Origin: an uncultured delta proteobacterium
Lineage (GTDB): Bacteria > Myxococcota > Kuafuiibacteriia > Kuafuiibacteriales > Kuafuiibacteriaceae
Direction: 5' to 3'
Assembly: GCA_963803435.1 (NCBI GenBank)
Contig: CAWDML010000005.1
Location: 352,001 to 416,000 of the forward strand
DNA: 64,000 nucleotides
A model generated the notes under the pieces. The model searched no databases. It was not told the DNA's origin and saw nothing but the letters and a program-made list of their open reading frames with translations. The position numbers and the translations under genes were made by a program. Positions within the stretch are counted from its first letter, which is position 1. Each line of letters begins with the position of its first letter. Of the stretch, positions 55,670 through 64,000 are shown piece after piece.

Positions 55670-56407
55670 CTACGGCTGTACGCGGACGTCCGTGTCCTTC
55701 GCGGCCCCGATCTTCGGGCCCTCATCCTTGGGCGGCGGCATCTTGAAGGGGGTCCAGTCGAGCGCCACCTCCAGCACCATCTTGTGGCGATCGTAGCCGG
55801 GCTTCTTCACCTGGTCCCGGAGGCCGGTCAGCGTGTGATAGGGCAGGCCCTTCGAGACCAGGTTCACCAGCCACGCCGGCAGCGCACCGCCCGGATCGGC
55901 CTGTACCTGGTACTCGACTTCGGTGGTGTCCACGTCGATCTGCTTGAGGATCCAGTGCCCCTCGAGCTGCGGCATCCGCACCACGCCGTCCTTGGGCGGC
56001 ATCGTCGGATCCTCCGTCTGGGTGAACGTCACCACGATCTTCCGCTCCTCGGGGACGACCTTGGTCCGCGTCACCAGCACCGTGTCCCGATCGCTGACGA
56101 AGAACGCGGGGCTGCCGGTGCGGTGATACACGACGGCGTCGGTGGCGGTCAGGAAGCGGAGGGTGGCGGCGTCGACGCAGTTTGCCATCCACTCGGTCTC
56201 ACGGTCGGCATCGCGGATGACCGCGGCGACGTCGAGGATCGGCGCCTCCACCGGGCCGCGCCCGCGGAACATCACGAAGTCGGAGCCCTCGACGTCGCGA
56301 CGCCAGACCTTGATCCCATCTTCGTCCGAGATCTCCTCCCAGTCGTCTGCGTAGGCGGAGGCGGGCGCGAGCAGCAGCGCGAGGATCACCGGGCGGGTCC
56401 ATTGCAT
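55670..56407 (-). CDS. secreted START-domain lipid-binding protein
   Basis: Signal peptide, WEEISDEDGIKVW, VSDRD and QADPGGALPAWLVN. Confidence 0.88.
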   Translation of the reverse strand: MQWTRPVILALLLAPASAYADDWEEISDEDGIKVWRRDVEGSDFVMFRGRGPVEAPILDVAAVIRDADRETEWMANCVDAATLRFLTATDAVVYHRTGSPAFFVSDRDTVLVTRTKVVPEERKIVVTFTQTEDPTMPPKDGVVRMPQLEGHWILKQIDVDTTEVEYQVQADPGGALPAWLVNLVSKGLPYHTLTGLRDQVKKPGYDRHKMVLEVALDWTPFKMPPPKDEGPKIGAAKDTDVRVQP

Positions 56408-56448
56408 ATCCGCCGATTCCAGCGGCGGACCCGCGTTTAGTCAAACGT

Positions 56449-59124
56449 TCAGTTGGCCGGTTGCACCGTGAGGTGCTCGACGGAGGCGCTCTGGACGTCG
56501 GAGGCGACGAAGCGCACGGGGATCGGATCGTTGACCAGCCAGCGCTGGAGGAGGTCCGCGAAGTGCGGGCTGTCCGAGAAGTGCCGCTGTCCGCCGGGCA
56601 GCTCGATGGAGCAGCGGACCCCGTCGGTGTCGTCCGCGTCGCAGGAGAAGCGCATCGAGGGGCCCGAGAACTGGCGGAAGTCGGTGGCGCCGGCCGGGTT
56701 CGCCACGTCGATGGTGAACATGCCGCCGTCGTTCGCGTAGGTCCCGCTGGAGGGCGGGAAGATCGGGGGCGTCAGCGTCACGGTGTGGATGCGGCCCCAG
56801 CGCCAGTCGTCGGCGTCGGCGCCGAGACGGGGGTGCGCGGTGAGGTAGGCGCCGGTCTCGTCGAGGGCCCGGCCGATGGTGTCGGCCTCGGTCTCGACGC
56901 CGGCGGTGCTGACGTCGTCCCAGTAGCTGCCGATGAGCTCGCTCGGGCGCGTCAGCGCGAAGACGATCGCCGAGGTGCGCGGCGGCGTGTCGATGCCCTG
57001 CTGGGCGATCTCGTCGCCGAAGATCGCGTCCTGCAGCCGCGGGAAGAGGGCGTGGAACGCGGTGCAGCCGATCGAGGAGGCGGTCGCCGACGGATCCGGG
57101 TCCTTGGCCGAGCTCGGATCCACCGTGGTGAGACCCGTGGGACACTCGTAGTCCCACGCGTCGAGCGCCGAGAGCACCAGCGCGCCCTCGGGCGTGAGCG
57201 TGTCGGCGGCGGGCGCGGCGGCGAGGATGGCCGGGACCAGGCGCTCGCCAATCAGCACGTGCGTGTCCGCCTGGATCGACTGCATGGTCGCGTGCGTGTG
57301 CGCGTTGGCGCCGTCCATGATGCGCTGGACGATGCGCTCGTGCCGGTACCCCGGCGCCACGAAGTGCTGCCAGGCGGCCTGGCCGTCGTTGGTGGGGTCG
57401 CCGTCGGCGAGGTGACCGGTCATGTCGTTGTTGGCCGTGGCCACGAAGCCGTCCGTGGTGTTCATCGCCTGCGGGAGGTCGGCGTACGGCACCACGCCCT
57501 CCCACTCGGCGCTGCCGTCACCCGGGAGCGGCACCCAGGTCGGCAGCGCGGCGGAGGCCCACGGCCGGTTGGGTACATGGTTGTATGGGAACCAACCGAA
57601 GTTGCCGCCGGTGTCGATCACGACCCAGTTCTGCCCGACGGTGGTGACGTTCTCGAGGGCGGTGCGGGCCTCCGCGACGCTCTGGGCGGTGTTCATCGCC
57701 CACAGGAAGTTGGCGTCGGTGGTGGCGTCCTGCGCCGTCCACTTGAGCGAGAGCGCGACGCCCATCTGGGGATCCTCCGCGAGGATCGGCCCGTGATGCG
57801 GGACGTAGCGGACCACGTGGTTGATCGGCTGGCTGCCGAGCACGTCGATCGGGAAGGTGCGCTCCAGGATGGGGACCTCGTTGCCGTTGAAGATGACGGC
57901 GTCGCCCGCGGTGTTGAGGGTCTCGATGTAGACGTCCGCGAGATCGAAGAAGGTGGTGGTGGCGCCCCACGCGATCTGCTCGTTCTGGCCCAGCACGATC
58001 CCGGGCAGACCGGCGAAGGAGGCGCCCGCCACGTGGAGCTGGCCGGTGCCGTTCGTCTTGGCGTCGAGGTGCGCCAGGTACCATACGGACGGGAAGTCGA
58101 GGCCGAGGTGCGGATCGTTCGCGAGCAGCGCCTTGCCGTCCGCGGTGCGCGACGGTCCCAGCACCCAGTTGTTGGAGCCGAGGCCGGGCGCGTGCTTCGG
58201 GATGTTGCGGAGCGCCTGCTCGAGCGCCCCCTTCGCCATCTGCAACCGGCCTTGCACCTCGCGGATCTTCCGCAGGCGATCCTGGTTGAGGGCGGTCAGG
58301 GTGCCGGGCGCCGGCAGGATGGTGCTCGGCGACGGCGGGCGCAGGCTGTAGAGGTCCCAGGCCATGGTGGCGGTGATGCTGGCGAGCACCTCGCCGGTGG
58401 TGATCTCGTAGTCGCTCTGGTTCGTGAGGCTCTCGATCAGCGCCAGCACGCAGGCGATGCTGTCCTGGGGCTCCCAGTCCTGGACCTGATCGCGCAGGTG
58501 CGCCCAGTCGTCGGTGAGGCGGGCGCCGTTGGTGCCGTTGCGGAGGTCCGCGATCCAGGCGTTGACGCCACGGGTGTAGGCCTCGAGCAGCGCCTTGGTC
58601 TCCTCGGACGCGTTCTCCCACATCTGATCCGAGATGCGATCGCCGTTGCGGATCCCGAAGATCGTCTTGCCGAAGCGGCTCTGCTCGATGCCCGGGCCCA
58701 GCGGGAGGACGCCGGCGATCTCGCCCTTCGGGAAGCGGCGCCGGAGGTCCATCTGTCCGAAGCGGTGGGCGGCGTGGAAGTAGCCCTCGACCGCGACACA
58801 GTCGAGGTCTGTCTGACAGGAGGCGTGGAGGACGCCGTACTCGTCGAAGTCGACGGTCACCGGGCCGGTCAGCTCGGGGATGCGCAGGTCGACGACCCCG
58901 CCGTCGGGCGTGCCGGTGTCGGGCATGCCGGTGTCGGGCGTGCCGGTGTCGGGCGTGCCGGTGTCGGGCGTGCCGGTGTCGGGCGTGCCGGTGTCCTGCC
59001 GGCCCGTGTCGGTGACGCCGGAGTCCTGCTTGCCGTCGTCGTCGTTGCTGCTACAGCCGGCGAAGACGAAGGTGGCGCCGAGGAGTGCGAGGAGCGTAGA
59101 GCGCGCGAACATCAGGACGCGCAT
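56449..59124 (-). CDS. penicillin acylase family (Ntn hydrolase) lipoprotein
   Basis: Lipobox FAGC, GSNNW autocleavage site, LLANDPHL, IAWGAT, TANND and WRWG. Start could be 59124 or 59112. Confidence 0.93.
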   Translation of the reverse strand: MRVLMFARSTLLALLGATFVFAGCSSNDDDGKQDSGVTDTGRQDTGTPDTGTPDTGTPDTGTPDTGMPDTGTPDGGVVDLRIPELTGPVTVDFDEYGVLHASCQTDLDCVAVEGYFHAAHRFGQMDLRRRFPKGEIAGVLPLGPGIEQSRFGKTIFGIRNGDRISDQMWENASEETKALLEAYTRGVNAWIADLRNGTNGARLTDDWAHLRDQVQDWEPQDSIACVLALIESLTNQSDYEITTGEVLASITATMAWDLYSLRPPSPSTILPAPGTLTALNQDRLRKIREVQGRLQMAKGALEQALRNIPKHAPGLGSNNWVLGPSRTADGKALLANDPHLGLDFPSVWYLAHLDAKTNGTGQLHVAGASFAGLPGIVLGQNEQIAWGATTTFFDLADVYIETLNTAGDAVIFNGNEVPILERTFPIDVLGSQPINHVVRYVPHHGPILAEDPQMGVALSLKWTAQDATTDANFLWAMNTAQSVAEARTALENVTTVGQNWVVIDTGGNFGWFPYNHVPNRPWASAALPTWVPLPGDGSAEWEGVVPYADLPQAMNTTDGFVATANNDMTGHLADGDPTNDGQAAWQHFVAPGYRHERIVQRIMDGANAHTHATMQSIQADTHVLIGERLVPAILAAAPAADTLTPEGALVLSALDAWDYECPTGLTTVDPSSAKDPDPSATASSIGCTAFHALFPRLQDAIFGDEIAQQGIDTPPRTSAIVFALTRPSELIGSYWDDVSTAGVETEADTIGRALDETGAYLTAHPRLGADADDWRWGRIHTVTLTPPIFPPSSGTYANDGGMFTIDVANPAGATDFRQFSGPSMRFSCDADDTDGVRCSIELPGGQRHFSDSPHFADLLQRWLVNDPIPVRFVASDVQSASVEHLTVQPAN
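58903..58995. repeat. 15-bp tandem repeat x6 encoding (DTGTP)n
   Basis: GTCGGGCGTGCCGGT repeated six times with one G>A variant. Confidence 0.95.
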
Positions 59125-59154
59125 TCGACCCGCGCGCGCCTCTACGGTCAAGGA

Positions 59155-60999
<1,845 letters not shown>

Positions 61000-61066
61000 G
61001 GGCGGCGGACGCTAGGGATCTTTCCAGCGCTTGTCAGCTACGTTCGATCCGCTACCCTGCACCGCG

Positions 61067-63541
61067 TTGCGACTTCCGATCGACGAGATCCTGGGCGCGA
61101 TCGCCGACCATCTTCGATCGGAGCGGTCGAGAAACCTCGTCGTGGTCGCGCCGCCCGGCGCCGGCAAGACCACCCGCATTCCGCAGCTGCTGTTGGATCG
61201 CGGGATCGTGAAGCCGACCGCGCGCGTCTTGATGCTGGAGCCGCGCAGGATCGCAGCACGACGGGCGGCGTCGCGCATCGCCGCGGAGCGGAAGGTCCGG
61301 CTGGGAGGTGAGGTGGGCTACCAGGTCCGCTTCGACGATCGCACCTCCAGCGACACGCGGATCGCGATCTTGACGGAAGGCATCCTGACGCGGCGGCTCC
61401 AGTCCGATCCGCTGCTCGAGGGCGTCGGCGCGGTGGTGATCGATGAGCTCCACGAGCGCTCCCTCCACGCGGATCTGGCGCTGGCCTTCCTCCGCGAGAT
61501 CCAGGAGACGGTCCGTCCCGACCTCTCGATCGTCGCCATGAGCGCGACCATCGATCCGGCGCCCGTGCAGCGATTCCTCGACTGTCCGGTGGTGGTGAGC
61601 GAGGGCCGCTCCCATCCGGTCGAGGTCCGCTGGCTCGAGCGCGCCGACGCGCGATCGCTGGTCGAGCGCACGGCGTCGGCGGTGCGGCGCGCGCTGCGCG
61701 AGGTGGAGCAGGGCGACGTGCTGGTCTTTCTCCCGGGCGCCGGCGAGATCGCACGGTGCGCGGAGAAGCTGGAGGCCACCGCCGGCGCCGACATCCGCCC
61801 GCTCTACGGCGAGCTCTCCGCGGAGGATCAGGATCGCGCGATCGAGCCGGGTCCGCGGCGCAAGGTGATCCTGTCCACCAACATCGCCGAGTCGTCGCTC
61901 ACCATCGAGGGCGTCACCTGTGTCGTCGACGCCGGCTTCGCCAAGATCGCGCGCCACGATCCATCCCGCGGCATCGACACCCTCGAGCTGGTCCGCATCG
62001 GAAGGCGCAGCGCCGAGCAGCGCGCCGGTCGCGCCGGGCGGTTGGGCCCCGGCGTCTGCTACCGCCTCTGGACCGAGAAGGAGCACCGGACGCTGGAGGA
62101 GGATCAACCGGCCGAGATCGCCCGCGTCGATCTGGCCCCCGCGGTCCTCGAGGTGGTCCGCTGGTCCCGCGGCGATCCCGCGCGCTTCGGCTGGTTCGAG
62201 TCGCCTCCCGCCGGAGCGCTCGAGCGCGCCGTCCGCCTCCTCCGCGCGCTCGGGGCCCTCGACGCCGACTTCGCGCTCACCGCCCGCGGCGAGACGCTGG
62301 CCGCGTTCCCGCTCCACCCGCGCCTGGCCGCCATCCTGATGGCGGCCCACGCCGCCGGCCGCCTCGACGACGGCGCCGCCCTCGCCGCGATCGCCTCCGA
62401 GCGCGACATCCTTCGCCACCGCGATCCCGACGCCGTCGCACGGTGCGATCTCCTCCACCGCCTCGAGCTGATGGAGCGCCGCCATCCCGACGTTCACGGC
62501 GGCGCCGCCGCCAACGTGCGCAAGGTGCAAGGCAGGTTGCGCGACCTCGCCGCGCGCGCGCTCGGCCGCCCGCCGGTCCCCACCTCGCGCGACCGCGAGG
62601 ACGACCTCGGCCGCGCCGTGCTGGCCGGCTTCCCCGATCGCGTGGGCCGGGTCCGCGGCGAAGAGGTGCTCCTCGCCGGCGGCGGCGGCGCCCGCTTGGC
62701 CCGGGAGAGCGCGGTGAAGTCCGCCGAGCTGATCGTGGCCGTGGAGCTGGGCGGCGGCGATCGGCGGCGGAGCCAGCTGCCGTTCGTGCGCATGGCCACC
62801 GCGATCGAGCGGGAGTGGCTCGCCACCGAGACGCGCACGGTGGTGCGCTGGAACGCCGAGCGCGCGGCGGTCGAGGCGATCAAGGTCGTCGCCTATCAAG
62901 AGCTGGTCCTGGAGGAGCGCCGCGCTGGCCGCGCCAATCCCGAGGCGCAGAGCTGCGTGCTCGCCGAGGCGGCCCGGGCCGACCTCGATCGCGCGCTGCC
63001 GATGACCGACGCCCTGGCCGCCTTCCTCCGCCGATACCGCTTCCTCCGCACGTACGTCCCCGAGCTCGACGGGCCGGAGCTCGGTGAGGACCCGCGCGCG
63101 GCGCTCCTCGAGGAGGTGACCGCGGGGAGGAAGAGCTTCGCTGAGCTGGCCAAGGTCGATCTGCGGGCGCTGCTGCTCGAGCGCCTGCCGTCGCGGGTGC
63201 AAGCTGGGTTGCACAACGATGCGCCCGAGCGGATCTCCGTCCCGAGCGGACGGACGGCGGCGCTGCGCTACGAGACGGAGGGCCCGCCGGTGCTGGCGAT
63301 CCGGCTCCAGGAGGTCTTCGGGCTCTACGAGACCCCGCGCGTGGCTCGCGGGCGCGTGGCGATCAAGCTGGAGCTGCTCGCCCCCAACATGCGGCCGGTG
63401 CAGGTGACGCAGGACCTGGCGAGCTTCTGGGCGACGACGTACGCGGAGGTCCGCAAGGAGCTGCGGCGCCGGTATCCGAAGCACCAGTGGCCGGAGGATC
63501 CGCGGGAGGGCATCCCGTCGGCCAAGACGAAGAAGCGGTGA
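61067..63541 (+). CDS. hrpB: ATP-dependent RNA helicase HrpB
   Basis: APPGAGKTT, EPRRIAAR, DELHER, MSAT, QRAGRAGR and the HrpB C-terminal P.QVT.DL.SFW..Y.EVRKEL..RYPKH.WP. Start uncertain (61031 or 61067). Confidence 0.95.
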   Translation: MRLPIDEILGAIADHLRSERSRNLVVVAPPGAGKTTRIPQLLLDRGIVKPTARVLMLEPRRIAARRAASRIAAERKVRLGGEVGYQVRFDDRTSSDTRIAILTEGILTRRLQSDPLLEGVGAVVIDELHERSLHADLALAFLREIQETVRPDLSIVAMSATIDPAPVQRFLDCPVVVSEGRSHPVEVRWLERADARSLVERTASAVRRALREVEQGDVLVFLPGAGEIARCAEKLEATAGADIRPLYGELSAEDQDRAIEPGPRRKVILSTNIAESSLTIEGVTCVVDAGFAKIARHDPSRGIDTLELVRIGRRSAEQRAGRAGRLGPGVCYRLWTEKEHRTLEEDQPAEIARVDLAPAVLEVVRWSRGDPARFGWFESPPAGALERAVRLLRALGALDADFALTARGETLAAFPLHPRLAAILMAAHAAGRLDDGAALAAIASERDILRHRDPDAVARCDLLHRLELMERRHPDVHGGAAANVRKVQGRLRDLAARALGRPPVPTSRDREDDLGRAVLAGFPDRVGRVRGEEVLLAGGGGARLARESAVKSAELIVAVELGGGDRRRSQLPFVRMATAIEREWLATETRTVVRWNAERAAVEAIKVVAYQELVLEERRAGRANPEAQSCVLAEAARADLDRALPMTDALAAFLRRYRFLRTYVPELDGPELGEDPRAALLEEVTAGRKSFAELAKVDLRALLLERLPSRVQAGLHNDAPERISVPSGRTAALRYETEGPPVLAIRLQEVFGLYETPRVARGRVAIKLELLAPNMRPVQVTQDLASFWATTYAEVRKELRRRYPKHQWPEDPREGIPSAKTKKR

Positions 63542-63688
63542 CCTCCGCCCATTCGCCCGCCTCCCAGCATTGGCTGGGTGGCCGGCATGACGTCCGCGGG
63601 CAAGGAGGAGTGATGGATGAGCTCTCCAGAGTCAGGAGTGACTGCGAGCGCTGGCCGGTCTCGCATCGTGCGCACCACGCCAAGGGGT

Positions 63689-64000
63689 TCAACGCGATTG
63701 AGCTGGGTCCGCGCCCTCAGAGAGCGCGCGGCGAAGCGCTGGAAGGACGAGCACGACCCAGGCGAGCGTCCCCGAGAGAAGCAGCGCCGCGGCGAGTCCC
63801 ATCCACCCGAAGTAACGACCAGGATCTCCATCAGCGCTCGAGGAGCGAGGGCGCTCGAGACGAGGACGGCGAAGAGCGCCATCGGGAGTGGAGACCTCGC
63901 GAGCCGCTCTCCCTGGCCTCGAGAGCCGAGTGACCAGATCCCCGCGCCGGGCCACACTCGGGCATGCGCAAGACTCGAGACCGCCGGCGCTGCGTCGTCT
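63689..64000 (-). CDS. C-terminal part of a membrane protein, truncated by the window edge, possible frameshift at ~63820
   Basis: Hydrophobic segments in two frames (MALFAVLVSSALAPRALMEIL / GRYFGWMGLAAALLLSGTLAWVVLVLP). Confidence 0.4.
   Translation of the reverse strand, partial: RRRSAGGLESCACPSVARRGDLVTRLSRPGRAAREVSTPDGALRRPRLERPRSSSADGDPGRYFGWMGLAAALLLSGTLAWVVLVLPALRRALSEGADPAQSR

Noticed and set aside
63563-63578. Hairpin CCCAGC-ATTG-GCTGGG after hrpB as an intrinsic terminator
   Set aside because: Short stem with no U-tract, so insufficient support.

Overview
High-GC bacterial chromosome segment whose gene content looks like Myxococcota/Deltaproteobacteria: four Hanks-type Ser/Thr kinases, an FHA protein, two sigma-54 activators, two DUF4388-type proteins, an AglZ/FrzS-like coiled-coil protein and Cys-rich lipoproteins. 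Housekeeping genes include mgtE, an RNase R/II-family nuclease, glnE, acs, hrpB and M1/M2/M50 peptidases. I found no rRNA, tRNA or CRISPR array. The most unusual feature is a mobile element present in two complementarily deleted copies (18430-18904 and 31650-33670). Both copies are flanked by CTAG that coincides with a host TAG stop codon. Their ends are 16-bp terminal inverted repeats extended by inverted GGGACC-type hexamer arrays. The reconstructed element of about 2.15 kb encodes an IS1182-family transposase plus a divergent four-helix-bundle (23S-IVP/Avd-like) passenger gene. Other points: six apparent frameshifts fall in or beside GATC sites (probably long-read errors at a methylated motif), an unannotated 33-aa membrane microprotein, a FIST/NosP-like gene relic before a hybrid kinase, a paired TetR operator, a Lys-rich Fis-like small protein, and a cluster of stalked surface lipoproteins. 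All family assignments come from motif recognition by eye; no database search was run.
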